A program made the position numbers and the translations under genes. The notes under the pieces were generated by a model. It made no database searches, was not told where the DNA came from, and worked only from the letters and a program-made list of their open reading frames with translations. This document shows, one piece after another, positions 1-10,084 of a DNA stretch of 64,000 bases. The first letter of the stretch is position 1. Each line of letters opens with the position of its first letter. The stretch is from Candidatus Woesearchaeota archaeon (GTDB taxonomy: Archaea; Nanobdellota; Nanobdellia; Pacearchaeales; GW2011-AR1). The stretch lies in the NCBI GenBank assembly GCA_964490795.1, contig CAZBDY010000001.1:24806-88805 (forward strand). The letters are read 5' to 3'.

Positions 1-1114
1 TATATTTTTCTCTTTCCATTCTATAATCAAATAAAAGTGTTTCAGCTCTTTTATCTAAAAAATTAGTTAAACTTCCTCCCCCAGAAATAATAGCAGCAAA
101 ACCATTTAATAATTCTGATAATTTTTTACTTGATGTTTGACTGGCAGTATTTTTTAAAGAAGTAACCAAATCATAACCATAAACATTAACCTGATTAATA
201 AGTTTCATAATTTCTTTTTTTGTGTACTTGTATTCTTCTCCTATACTTATTATCTTGAAAATCTGGCTTGGTTCTATACCACTTCCAGCTATTGCCGACA
301 TATGAATAGTTAAAAAAGGAAGTTCCTGATTAATTCTTCCTTCTAAACTTTTAGCTTCAGCACTAGGATAAAAATAAAACATAAAAAATGTTAAAAAAGG
401 AAGAGCAAGAAAAATAGCAAAGTTAATAACTACTGACTGGAATGTAATTTCTGCCTGAGCTATAAATGATGAAGTAAAATTTAAAGATATAAAAAAACTA
501 GAAATAAAATATAATAAAGATATAAATCCTACAATAAGAGAGGTAAAAAAACTCATAGAGAGATAAGTAGTAAGCAAATAAGGCATATTAGCTTTTCTTA
601 AATTAAGATTAAGTTTTTTAAAATACCCGTTTTTTTCAAAAGTATTTGAAGTTTTGAAAAAAAATTTATTTGAAATTATAGCATATAAACTTGGTTTTTT
701 AAATCCCCCTTTTTCCTTTTTTTCCTTCTTTTTAACTTGTTTTTTCAATCTCTTTAAACTGTCTTCGTGTATTCTTAAATTTTCTAAAAAATCATCTCTG
801 TCTTTCAACTTAATTGTTACCTTTTCTTCTTCTCCTCCTTTTGGTTTATGTGAAAGGCTCATTAAATTTTTAGCATTTTCTTGTTTTTCACCTATTTTTT
901 TATATTGAGAAATGTTTCCTAATAATTCAAGGACAGCATCATTAATAATCTCTAACTTTTTTAAAGAAGCATTTAGCGAATTTTCCAACATTCTTATTTC
1001 ATTTTCTTTTCCTGGCATATTTTTGAAATCTTCTAACTGATTTTTAAAAATATTAATTTCATCAATAATTTTTCTTTCTTTTTCTATATTTTCTTTTAGA
1101 TTTTTAATTGCCAT
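1..1114 (-). CDS. Type IV pilus/T2SS membrane platform protein (TadC/GspF-like), runs off window start
   Basis: Manual translation from ATG at 1114 (MAIKNLKENIEKE...) is open to position 1; contains TM segments and LPFLTIHMSAIAGSG...VNVYGYDLVTSL typical of archaeal TadC; downstream of the pilus ATPase. Confidence 0.85.
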   Translation of the reverse strand, partial: MAIKNLKENIEKERKIIDEINIFKNQLEDFKNMPGKENEIRMLENSLNASLKKLEIINDAVLELLGNISQYKKIGEKQENAKNLMSLSHKPKGGEEEKVTIKLKDRDDFLENLRIHEDSLKRLKKQVKKKEKKEKGGFKKPSLYAIISNKFFFKTSNTFEKNGYFKKLNLNLRKANMPYLLTTYLSMSFFTSLIVGFISLLYFISSFFISLNFTSSFIAQAEITFQSVVINFAIFLALPFLTFFMFYFYPSAEAKSLEGRINQELPFLTIHMSAIAGSGIEPSQIFKIISIGEEYKYTKKEIMKLINQVNVYGYDLVTSLKNTASQTSSKKLSELLNGFAAIISGGGSLTNFLDKRAETLLFDYRMEREKY

Positions 1115-1115
1115 T

Positions 1116-1292
1116 TTATTTTTTTAATTTATATATAGTATCAGAAATTCTTTTTTGATGGTTTAACATCTCTTGTTTAATCTCCTTTACTTTTTTTACT
1201 CTTCCTTTTTTCAGAGCTTTTTCTAGTTTGTTAGACTCAGTTTTTATCATCTCCACCTGTTTTTTCAGAAAATTAATTTCTTCTTGCTTCAT
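1116..1292 (-). CDS. Small 58-aa coiled-coil hypothetical protein (below ORF-track cutoff)
   Basis: MKQEEINFLKKQVEMIKTESNKLEKALKK...YKLKK*; GAGGT Shine-Dalgarno upstream; stop 1 nt before the TadC ATG. Confidence 0.6.
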   Translation of the reverse strand: MKQEEINFLKKQVEMIKTESNKLEKALKKGRVKKVKEIKQEMLNHQKRISDTIYKLKK

Positions 1293-1355
1293 TTTTACCT
1301 CTTTTTAGAAGATACTCTATATAATATAAAGAGAACTAATTTAAAAAGTTTTGTT

Positions 1356-2879
1356 TTAAGACAGATTATATTTACTTAAAACATATTTTGGGTTTTTGTA
1401 GTACTCATTAATTTCGCTTTGAACTTTTTCAAAATCAAAAATTTTCCCTTTTAGCCATATATTTAATAGTTTTGTCCTTATACTAAACTCTTTCAAAAGC
1501 TCTTCTCTTGTTAATCCATATCTAGAAGAAATTTTATTAAATACTTTACTATCTTTTTTAAAATAAAATCTGTCTTCTCCAGGATTCCAGATAAAAGGAG
1601 TATTAGTTAGAGCAACACCATCTGGATCTACTTTAACAACTTCAACAATACTTGATAATCTTCTTGTCTGCTTTTTATTAACTATTGCATGTCTCATAAT
1701 AGCAACAGCGTCCAAGGTATTAACTAAGGTAGGAGAGAGTTCAATAGGAGGAGTTTCTAATCTTTTTACCACAGTATCAACTGAATCAGCATGCATAGTT
1801 GAAATAGAGGCATGTCCAGAAGCCATTCCCTGAAACAAAACAAAAGCTTCTTTTCCTCTTACCTCTCCAACTATCACATAATCTGGATTTTGCCTAAAAG
1901 AATTTTTTAATAAAGAAAATAAATCCACTTCTCCTGTTTTTCCAACTCCAATAGATGTTCTTGCTACACTCGGCAACCAGTTTTCTCTTGCTAAATTTAA
2001 TTCTCTCGTATCTTCAATTGATACAACTCTGTCTTCAGGAGGTATAAAAAAAGAGACAGCATTTAGCAAGGTTGTTTTTCCAGAAGCAGTTCCTCCGGTA
2101 ATTAAGATATTTGCCTTATATTCAATTAATATCCAAAAATAAGCCAGCATTTCAGGAGACAAAGTATTAAATTCAATTAATTGAGGAGGAGTCCAGGGAA
2201 CTCTGGTAAATTTTCTTATAGTAAAAGTCGGACCTCTGCTAGTAATGTCTTTTGTATATGAAGCATTAACTCTTGAACCATCAGGCAAACTACCATCCAG
2301 TAATGGAGAAGCATAAGAAATATATTTGCCACATCTTTGGGCAAGTTTTTCAACAAAACTAGATAATGCATCTAGGTCTTTATAAACAATATTTGTCTTC
2401 ATATTTCTATATGTTCTATGAATAATATAAACAGGAGTATCTGTACCATTACACTCAATATCCTCAATAAAAAAATCTCTTAATAAAGGTTCAGCTTCAT
2501 TTAACCCAATGAAATCTCTAAAAAGATAATAAAATATCTTTCTGTATGACTCCTCACTTATTTTTAAATTTAATTCAGAAATCAACAAGTTTGCTGTTTT
2601 GTCAATATAATCAATCTTTCCTTTTGTTGTTTTTTCTATTAAAACATTAATATTTACAACCTCTCTCATATCTTTTTCTAGTGTTTTTAATATTTGTTTT
2701 TCATTATTATCTAAAACCGGCTCTTCTAAATCATAAACCAACTCATTTTCCTTTTTATCCCAATAAATATGAGCATAAGCATAAGGAGGTAATAAAGCAT
2801 ATCTAACATTAACTTTTGTTTTATCTCCTAATTTTGGAAGTGCAGGAATACTTGGCTTTAAATTAATTTGAATATTCAT
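1356..2879 (-). CDS. Type II/IV secretion / pilus assembly ATPase (VirB11/TadA/FlaI family)
   Basis: Walker A GGTASGKTT, SIEDTREL Asp box, RQNPDYVIVGEVRG Walker B, STMHA His box. Confidence 0.95.
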   Translation of the reverse strand: MNIQINLKPSIPALPKLGDKTKVNVRYALLPPYAYAHIYWDKKENELVYDLEEPVLDNNEKQILKTLEKDMREVVNINVLIEKTTKGKIDYIDKTANLLISELNLKISEESYRKIFYYLFRDFIGLNEAEPLLRDFFIEDIECNGTDTPVYIIHRTYRNMKTNIVYKDLDALSSFVEKLAQRCGKYISYASPLLDGSLPDGSRVNASYTKDITSRGPTFTIRKFTRVPWTPPQLIEFNTLSPEMLAYFWILIEYKANILITGGTASGKTTLLNAVSFFIPPEDRVVSIEDTRELNLARENWLPSVARTSIGVGKTGEVDLFSLLKNSFRQNPDYVIVGEVRGKEAFVLFQGMASGHASISTMHADSVDTVVKRLETPPIELSPTLVNTLDAVAIMRHAIVNKKQTRRLSSIVEVVKVDPDGVALTNTPFIWNPGEDRFYFKKDSKVFNKISSRYGLTREELLKEFSIRTKLLNIWLKGKIFDFEKVQSEINEYYKNPKYVLSKYNLS

Positions 2880-2927
2880 GTTATCCTCTTTTTATTTAAA
2901 ACACAAAAGCAATATTTAAATCTTGCC

Positions 2928-3461
2928 TTAATTAACTGAAGAAAAATCTATATTTATTGAATCTCCTATCTTGCCTTTATTTATAATATTTATTTTATAA
3001 GGGGTTGGTGTTGGCTGAAATATTTTTTCTTGTTCTTTATTATTCCAGGTTATATTTTCTGTGTAATTAAGAATAAAACTAACTTCAAATATTTCACCTT
3101 TTTGTTTTGTTAAAGATTTAATTTTTCCAATTTCTACACTCTCATTTAACTCACTATACTGATGATTGCTATCCATAAAAAATTTAATAGAATTATTTTT
3201 AGAATTAATCATAAGTGTTCCTTTTTTTGTCTGAAATTCAATATTTCTTGAATTTCCTGCACCATAAAAAACAACATCTCTTATCTGGTTTTCAAAATTT
3301 TTAATCATATTTAAACTTTGTTCTAATATTATTTTATCTTGTCTCTCTTTTATTTCAGGTGTAAGAAAAGCTAATAAGACACCAATTATAGCTAATCCTA
3401 TTAAGGTGTAAATTACAGTTTCTATCCATATTTGTGATTTTTTGCTCCTTGTTTTTTTCAT
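2928..3461 (-). CDS. Class III signal peptide (pilin-like) protein
   Basis: KKSQ/IWIETVIYTLIGL prepilin-like N-terminus; ATG 3461 preferred over the track start. Confidence 0.8.
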   Translation of the reverse strand: MKKTRSKKSQIWIETVIYTLIGLAIIGVLLAFLTPEIKERQDKIILEQSLNMIKNFENQIRDVVFYGAGNSRNIEFQTKKGTLMINSKNNSIKFFMDSNHQYSELNESVEIGKIKSLTKQKGEIFEVSFILNYTENITWNNKEQEKIFQPTPTPYKINIINKGKIGDSINIDFSSVN

Positions 3462-3462
3462 T

Positions 3463-3948
3463 TTAACATTGAGGAAGATTATAGCTTTCAGATTCACATA
3501 ACTCTTCATTTTGTTTAATTACAGCTATTTCTGCCTTTTCTCCTGATTTATTAAAAATATAAGTTTTTGATTCACCAGGCAAAGGTAAAACTATATTTTC
3601 AACTTTTTCTCCATTTTTATTTAACATTTTAACTTCATCCACTCTTCCTGAAATTAAATCAAATCTCTTTGAACTTCCTTCAGAAACAATACTAACTGCA
3701 ATTCCTTTTATAGTTATATTATCAATTTTTCTTTTTAACATTAATTTCACTTCAGTATCAGAATAACAAGAAAATTCATTTGAGTCTATAACAGAGATAT
3801 ATTCTCTTAATTCAAAACAACTTTTTCCTTGTTCTAAATTTTCTTTTACTAAAGGGATAATAAAATTAGCTACAGTTACAACTGCAATAACAGTTATTAA
3901 AACAAGAAGTATAGTTGCAACAACCGGACTTATCCCTTTTTTCTTCAT
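3463..3948 (-). CDS. Archaeal type IV pilin
   Basis: MKKKG/ISPVVATILLV archaeal pilin N-terminal motif. Confidence 0.9.
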   Translation of the reverse strand: MKKKGISPVVATILLVLITVIAVVTVANFIIPLVKENLEQGKSCFELREYISVIDSNEFSCYSDTEVKLMLKRKIDNITIKGIAVSIVSEGSSKRFDLISGRVDEVKMLNKNGEKVENIVLPLPGESKTYIFNKSGEKAEIAVIKQNEELCESESYNLPQC

Positions 3949-4390
3949 TTTAATTAATTAGCTATAAAGCTATTTTTACAAGTATAAACTTTTTTTGAGT
4001 TTTCACCTTGTCCTAATATTTTAGGAAATATTTCAATTCTATTATATTCCTCGCCTATATGTTTATTAAAAGTTTTTCCAGAAGTAATTGGTTCATTAGA
4101 AAAACTTTCAGTTTCACTTCCTCCAGAATATTCTTTATTTACTTCAAAACCATACATAGGGATATTTCCATTATTAATTATTTCTAAATCTCCACTAGAA
4201 GAAGAGTATGATGCCTGTAAGTTTATTTCATCACAAGCCTGATCAGCAGACATACCTTTTTTTTGTATTGATTCCTGGATAAAACCTTTTGCCCATAAAA
4301 ATACAATTAAAGCAAGTATAATAACTATAGCTATTAATAATATAGTTGCAACAACCGGACTTATCCCTTTTTTCTTCATTTTAATTAATT
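3910..4390. repeat. Identical 50-bp direct repeat covering the starts of two pilin genes (3910-3959 and 4341-4390)
   Basis: TATAGTTGCAACAACCGGACTTATCCCTTTTTTCTTCATTTTAATTAATT in both. Confidence 0.95.
3954..4379 (-). CDS. Archaeal type IV pilin
   Basis: MKKKG/ISPVVATILLI motif. Confidence 0.9.
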   Translation of the reverse strand: MKKKGISPVVATILLIAIVIILALIVFLWAKGFIQESIQKKGMSADQACDEINLQASYSSSSGDLEIINNGNIPMYGFEVNKEYSGGSETESFSNEPITSGKTFNKHIGEEYNRIEIFPKILGQGENSKKVYTCKNSFIAN

Positions 4391-4416
4391 TAACCTATAC
4401 TAATTTAAAAACCTTA

Positions 4417-4896
4417 CTAACAATCTTCTAATCTTTGATTTATTATTGATTTATCACATAATAAGCCATCTATAACTGGAACAATTTCAATTCTTTTTAA
4501 AGTGTTTCCATTATTAAGACATTTATCATAACTTTTTTCAATTTCTGCCTTTTCTCCTGTTTTTAAACTACCTCTTCCCTGAATAAAAGCATGATAATTG
4601 AAATCTCCATCATCTGTTATTACACAAGAAATTAATCCCTCTGACTGAGTAGAAACCCTGATAATAACTCCTTCAATATCAAACAACCCTTTATTTTTAA
4701 GATTTAAAGTTATATTTTTTTTGTTAATATCACAAGAATAATCATCAATAATTATAGAAACATCTTTAGGACATTTTTCAACCTGTCCTGGTAACTGTCC
4801 TTTCATCCAATTATAAACTAATACACTTAAAGATATTGCTATAACTACTAATAAAACATAAGCAATAATTTCACTTAAACCTTTTTTTGATTTCAT
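4417..4896 (-). CDS. Archaeal type IV pilin
   Basis: KKG/LSEIIAYVLLV motif. Confidence 0.9.
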   Translation of the reverse strand: MKSKKGLSEIIAYVLLVVIAISLSVLVYNWMKGQLPGQVEKCPKDVSIIIDDYSCDINKKNITLNLKNKGLFDIEGVIIRVSTQSEGLISCVITDDGDFNYHAFIQGRGSLKTGEKAEIEKSYDKCLNNGNTLKRIEIVPVIDGLLCDKSIINQRLEDC

Positions 4897-4898
4897 TT

Positions 4899-5480
4899 TT
4901 AATCATTATTTTTATCTTCTTTATTATCATCTCCTAAAGATGGAGGTAGCTCTTTTTCGCTTTCCTGAGTTGATACTAACCCCTCTGAACTTATTACAAA
5001 AAAGAAATTTTCATTTGGGGTTAATTTAAATTCATAAGTTTGTTCTTTAAAAGTTATCTCAACCTTGTTTCCATCTATATCATCAGTTATATCTTCTTCT
5101 GTCTTCTCTCCTTTAGAAATTATATATTCTGTATTAAAAATACTAATTGTTCCTGCATCTGTTTGAGTGAATGTTATTAATGTAAGATTTTTTTTATTCC
5201 CATATATAAAAATCCAGTCTTCAACTATATCTCCCTGAGTATAATTATAATACTCGTTTGTCCAGTTATTGATAAGTTCATTTTGATCTTTCTGATTATA
5301 AACCCCATAATCATAAACTCTTCCTGTCTCTAAGTCAAATTCTTCTCCTAAATCATAAATTCTTGTTCCTTGTTTTTCTGTACGAGCATAATTTTGAATT
5401 ACAAAAAATCCAACTATAATTGAAATGATTATAATGGCAACTATTAAATAAAATTGTCCTCTTTTTCCTCTTTTTATCAT
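4899..5480 (-). CDS. Class III signal peptide (minor pilin-like) protein
   Basis: KRG/QFYLIVAIIII; ATG 5480 preferred. Confidence 0.8.
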   Translation of the reverse strand: MIKRGKRGQFYLIVAIIIISIIVGFFVIQNYARTEKQGTRIYDLGEEFDLETGRVYDYGVYNQKDQNELINNWTNEYYNYTQGDIVEDWIFIYGNKKNLTLITFTQTDAGTISIFNTEYIISKGEKTEEDITDDIDGNKVEITFKEQTYEFKLTPNENFFFVISSEGLVSTQESEKELPPSLGDDNKEDKNND

Positions 5481-5536
5481 ATATAAAAAAGAAAATACTT
5501 GTTTAAATATGTTTTGAATAGTATTTAACAAAAAAT

Positions 5537-5793
5537 GCAGACCCAGGGTTTGCTCAAAACCGACTGATTAGTTTCAACAGGCATCCTCAGTTTTGCTACC
5601 CTGAAAGCACCTTAATCCTTAATTAGGGCTGCTCCGATCAAGGCCTGACCCGATTCATAAGGGCAAGGTCAAACAGGACAAAACTTCAACGTTATCCTGA
5701 TGTCTTTATCAACCAGTTTATCACTTGCCCCTTTAAGCCTGCCATAAAGCCCTATTTGCAAATAGCAGAGGGCTAACCTGCCAGCTTGTCTGC
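5537..5793 (-). ncRNA. ffs: Signal recognition particle (7S) RNA
   Basis: GC-rich 257-nt intergenic island; ends pair (GCAGAC/GTCTGC); helix 8 signature GGGTCAGGCC-TTGATC-GGAGCAGCCC; helix 6-like CAGGATAA...TTGTCCTG. Confidence 0.85.
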
Positions 5794-5827
5794 TTAAAAT
5801 CAAGAATTTGTTAGTTTAAAAGGTTTA

Positions 5828-6718
5828 TTATTTTACTTTCCTTTTTTTAATAGTATAAACTATTAATGTAGAAATAAATGTTAGAACAACAAAAATAATC
5901 GGTATTGTTACTTTTCCTCTTCCTCCTCCAATTATAGCTCCTGTGATTGATGATAAGAAACCCTTATTTTCATCTTGAGATTCATTATTTTCTATTTCAG
6001 GATTACTTGATTTATTATTTTCTTCTTTCCCATTATTTTCCAAACCTAATGTTTGGAAACCTGTCCCATCATCATTGTTATCATCATTATTATTCCCTCC
6101 ACCTCCTCCAGGATTAGCAGGGGTATTTATTGTAAATATAGGTTTATCTTTTGATTCAAATGTTTCCCCACCTATAATTGCTTTTAATTGGGAAACATAA
6201 CCTCCTTTTTGATAGTTTGTTGTGTCAAGAACTATCTCATATAAATAATATAATTTTTTTCCTCCCTGTCCATATCCATACCCATATCCATATCCATAAC
6301 CAAAATCATAACCATAGCCAAATTCAGAATCATAACCATATCCATACCCATAACCCTTTTCATTTTCATCAGGAAAATTAATTGGGGTGATTGTCATATC
6401 TTCACATCCTTGTAAAGGATTATTTCCATTAAGATTAAATATACAAGTAGAAGAGGTAGGACCTTTAATTTCTAAAGTTAAATTTTTGGCAGGAAGATAC
6501 TTATCCATACTTTCAATTTCTAAACTTGCATTAAAAGTAACTTTTTCTCCTTTTATAAGAGAATTATTATCAATAGTCAACCCAAGAATAAATGCTTGTA
6601 CAGGGCCAGCAAAAATAAGCAAACTAATTATAAATAAAGTTAAAATTCCTGCAATTATTCTTGTCTTTTTTAGATTCATATTATTTACAAATTTTTCAAG
6701 GTTTTTAATGATTTTCAT
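5828..6718 (-). CDS. Cell-surface protein with GY-dipeptide repeats and C-terminal TM anchor
   Basis: Signal peptide, GYGYGYGY tracts, G/N/D-rich linker, ITGAII + TM + basic tail. Confidence 0.8.
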   Translation of the reverse strand: MKIIKNLEKFVNNMNLKKTRIIAGILTLFIISLLIFAGPVQAFILGLTIDNNSLIKGEKVTFNASLEIESMDKYLPAKNLTLEIKGPTSSTCIFNLNGNNPLQGCEDMTITPINFPDENEKGYGYGYGYDSEFGYGYDFGYGYGYGYGYGQGGKKLYYLYEIVLDTTNYQKGGYVSQLKAIIGGETFESKDKPIFTINTPANPGGGGGNNNDDNNDDGTGFQTLGLENNGKEENNKSSNPEIENNESQDENKGFLSSITGAIIGGGRGKVTIPIIFVVLTFISTLIVYTIKKRKVK

Positions 6719-6855
6719 ACTCTAAAGTATACTTTTTTCTTATATAAAATTGAGAATATACTTTATAAATCTTTTTATTATGTTATTACTTTTATATTAC
6801 TACAAAATAATAACTTTTATAAACTTCAAATATACTTAAGTATAGTAAACAATAG

Positions 6856-7821
6856 ATGAATATGAGAAAAATGGAAAATAAAATTAAAGTTTATTATTCA
6901 GTTGTAATTCCGGTTTATAATGAACAAGGAAATGTTAAGAGATTAAACCAGGAAATAAAACAAGTTATGCATAAATTAGGAAAAACTTATGAAGTTATTT
7001 ATATAAATGACGGTTCTTCTGACAATACTTTAAATGAGTTAAAATCTCTAAAAAAAGTAAAAATTATTGATTTAAATAGAAATTTTGGTCAGTCAACAGC
7101 TTTAGATGCTGGTTTTAAAGAGTCAAGAGGAGAGATAATTATTTCTTTGGATGGGGATTTACAAAATGACCCTAATGATATCCCAAAATTAATTGAAAAG
7201 CTTGAAAAAGAAAATCTTGATGTAGTATCTGGATGGAGAAAAAAAAGAAAAGACAAGACAGGAATTAAGATTCTTACAAAAATGGGGAGAATTTTAAGAA
7301 AGATTTTAATTAAAGATAATGTTCATGATACTGGATGTACATTAAGAGTTTATAAAAGAGAAGCTATCAAAAGTCTGGATATTACAGGAGAGATGCACAG
7401 ATATATTCTCGCATTATTAAGATGGAAAGGATTTAAGGTGGGAGAGGTTGTTGTAAATCATAGAAAAAGAGAGAATGGTAAAACAAAATATGGGTATAAA
7501 AAGGCAGTAAGAGGGTTTGTGGATTTAATTTATATGTGGTTTATAAATAAGTATTCTCAGAGACCCCTGCATATTTTTGGTTCATTAGGAATTTCTGTAT
7601 TTTCCTTAGGAATTTTATCTGGATTATTTTCTCTTTACAGAAAAGTTTTCCTAAATTTAAGCTTAAACAGAGATGGTTGGTTTTTCTTAACTTTTTTCCT
7701 TATAATAACTGGAGTTATCTTTTTTAGTTTCGGGATAGTTATTGATTTATTAATGAAGATTCATCTAAATTCTTCTCCTTATGAAAAAAGATATTATATC
7801 AGAGAGGTTTTAGTTAGGTAA
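6856..7821 (+). CDS. GT2 glycosyltransferase (polyprenol-phosphate glycosyltransferase, ArnC/DPM-like)
   Basis: VVIPVYNE, INDGSSD, LDGDLQNDP, two C-terminal TMs. Confidence 0.93.
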   Translation: MNMRKMENKIKVYYSVVIPVYNEQGNVKRLNQEIKQVMHKLGKTYEVIYINDGSSDNTLNELKSLKKVKIIDLNRNFGQSTALDAGFKESRGEIIISLDGDLQNDPNDIPKLIEKLEKENLDVVSGWRKKRKDKTGIKILTKMGRILRKILIKDNVHDTGCTLRVYKREAIKSLDITGEMHRYILALLRWKGFKVGEVVVNHRKRENGKTKYGYKKAVRGFVDLIYMWFINKYSQRPLHIFGSLGISVFSLGILSGLFSLYRKVFLNLSLNRDGWFFLTFFLIITGVIFFSFGIVIDLLMKIHLNSSPYEKRYYIREVLVR

Positions 7822-7822
7822 A

Positions 7823-8977
7823 ATGAGAATTAATAAAAAGAAAAGAATTCTTATGTTAAATTATGAGTTTCCTCCTTTGGGGGGTGGAGGAGGAGTGGCT
7901 GCAAAAAAATTAGCAAAAGGGTTTATTAAAAGAGGTTATGAAGTTGATTATTTAACAACAGGATTTAAAGAATTAAAAGAATTTGAAAAAGTAGACAGAA
8001 TAAATGTTTATAGGGTTAAAGTTATCGGAAGAAAAGAACTTCCAACAGCTACAATGGCTTCTCTTTTATCTTTTCCTGTAATGGCTTATAAAAAAGCATG
8101 CGAATTATGTGAAAAAAACAAGTATAAATTTATAATAACTCAATTTGCAGTTCCTTCAGGACTTTTAGGAGTAAAATTGTCTAAAAAATATAACATAAAA
8201 CAGATACTTTCTTTACAAGGAGGAGATATTTATGATCCCACTAAAAAAAACTCTCCCCATAATAAATGGTATTTAAGAAAAGTGGTTAAGAGGGTTTTAA
8301 ATAATTCAGATGTTGTTACAGCTCATTCTTCTAATACAAGAAAGAATACTATAAAGTATTATCATCCAGACAAAAGAATTAAGATAATTTCCATACCTTA
8401 TGAACCAGTAAAATTTAGAAAAATTTCAAGAGAAAAGTTAGGATTGCAAGAAAATAATATTTATTTAGTGGGAGTAGGAAGACTTGTTAAAAGAAAAGGG
8501 TTTCATTTTTTAATAAAAAGTTTAGCAAGATTAAGTAATAAAAAAGTCTATGCTATAATAATTGGTGAAGGTCCAGAGAAACAAAATCTAAAAGAGTTAG
8601 CAAAAAGATTAAAGGTATCAAAACAAATACATTTCATAGGATTTGTATCTGAAGAAAAAAAGTTCCAATATTTGTCAAACTCAGACATATATGTTCTTTC
8701 ATCTGTGCATGAAGGTTTTGGAATAGTATTGCAGGAAGCAATGCAAGTTGGATTACCAATAATTGCAACAAATAACGGGGGACAAGTTGATTTGGTTGAA
8801 AATAATAAAAACGGTTTTCTTATAAAATTTGATGACAAAAATGCAATGAGGAAATCTATTGAAAAATTGATAAATGATAGGAGATTAAGAAGTAAAATGA
8901 AAAAGAACAATTTAAGAAAAGTTAAGGAGTTTGAGCTGGGGAAAATAGTTAAACAATATGAGAGGTTGTTGAGATGA
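7823..8977 (+). CDS. GT4 glycosyltransferase
   Basis: EFPPLGGGGG, GRLVKRKG, EGFGIVLQEAM. Confidence 0.93.
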   Translation: MRINKKKRILMLNYEFPPLGGGGGVAAKKLAKGFIKRGYEVDYLTTGFKELKEFEKVDRINVYRVKVIGRKELPTATMASLLSFPVMAYKKACELCEKNKYKFIITQFAVPSGLLGVKLSKKYNIKQILSLQGGDIYDPTKKNSPHNKWYLRKVVKRVLNNSDVVTAHSSNTRKNTIKYYHPDKRIKIISIPYEPVKFRKISREKLGLQENNIYLVGVGRLVKRKGFHFLIKSLARLSNKKVYAIIIGEGPEKQNLKELAKRLKVSKQIHFIGFVSEEKKFQYLSNSDIYVLSSVHEGFGIVLQEAMQVGLPIIATNNGGQVDLVENNKNGFLIKFDDKNAMRKSIEKLINDRRLRSKMKKNNLRKVKEFELGKIVKQYERLLR

Positions 8978-10083
8978 AAAATAAGAAGATTGTTCATCTA
9001 ACCAAAGGAACCATTGGAGGATTAGATACAATAACTTCTAAAATATCTAATTGTATTGGTGGTAAAAACATTCTTTTAACTGAAAAAGATCCCTTTGACT
9101 TATATAAAAATAAGATTTTTATGGGATCTTACAAGTTCGGTCCAGAGATTATTTTCCCAAAAATTAAGAATTTTTTTATATTTTTTAAATTATTATCTCA
9201 GAGTAAAATAATCCATGTTCACATAACAAACTTAATAATTTTTTTATTATTCCCATTTTTTTTGGGTAAAAAGATTATTTTTTCTATTCATAAAAATTTC
9301 GGAGGAAGGTATGATATATTATATCGAAAAAGCATAGCTAAAAGATTGTCTTTTAAGTTATTAAGAACCCTTTCATTATTTTTTTATATAAACTACTTAG
9401 TCTTAATTTCTAATAAGATTATATTATTGACAAATTCCCAAAAAGAAGATTTTAGGAAATTTTCCTTATTTTTAAAAAAATATGACAAGAAAACGATTGT
9501 AATAACAAATTTCATATCAAAAAAGAATATCCTTAGCAAAAAGAAGAAAGTTAAAAAGTTGAGAATAATTTTTATAGGAAGACTTGGGATATATAAGGGA
9601 TTCCATGATTTGATAAAGTTAATAAATTCATTGCCACAAGACATAGAATTTTGTATTGTCGGTGAAGGAAAATTACAAAAGAAAATTCCTGCTGGAAAAA
9701 ACATTCAGTATTTAAGTAGTATTAATCACAAGGATCTAAACAAATTTTACGATTCTTCAAATATTCTAATCCTCCCATCCTATAGTGAAACATGTGGATT
9801 AGTTATTTTGGAGGCAATGGCTAGAGGCCTAGTTATTCTAGCATCAGATTTGCCCGTGATAAAAGAATATTTTCGGGATGGAAGAAATGGATACCTTTTC
9901 CCTCCAGGAGATACTGAAAAAATGAAAGAATTAACTTTATATTTAAAGAACAATCTGAAAGAAATAAAAAGAATTTCAAAAAATAACTTAAAAGATATTC
10001 ACAAGTTTACTGCCGAAAAACAAATTCCAAAATATATTCAAGTTTACCATGAAGTTTTAAAAGAAAACAAAAAGAAAACATAA
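8974..10083 (+). CDS. GT4 glycosyltransferase
   Basis: FIGRLGIYKG, ETCGLVILEAMARG. Confidence 0.9.
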   Translation: MKNKKIVHLTKGTIGGLDTITSKISNCIGGKNILLTEKDPFDLYKNKIFMGSYKFGPEIIFPKIKNFFIFFKLLSQSKIIHVHITNLIIFLLFPFFLGKKIIFSIHKNFGGRYDILYRKSIAKRLSFKLLRTLSLFFYINYLVLISNKIILLTNSQKEDFRKFSLFLKKYDKKTIVITNFISKKNILSKKKKVKKLRIIFIGRLGIYKGFHDLIKLINSLPQDIEFCIVGEGKLQKKIPAGKNIQYLSSINHKDLNKFYDSSNILILPSYSETCGLVILEAMARGLVILASDLPVIKEYFRDGRNGYLFPPGDTEKMKELTLYLKNNLKEIKRISKNNLKDIHKFTAEKQIPKYIQVYHEVLKENKKKT

Positions 10084-10084
10084 A

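Noticed and set aside
5537..5793. RNase P RNA
   Set aside because: No GAGGAAAGTCC or AACAGAA P4 motifs; the CAGG/AGCA helix 8 motif indicates SRP RNA
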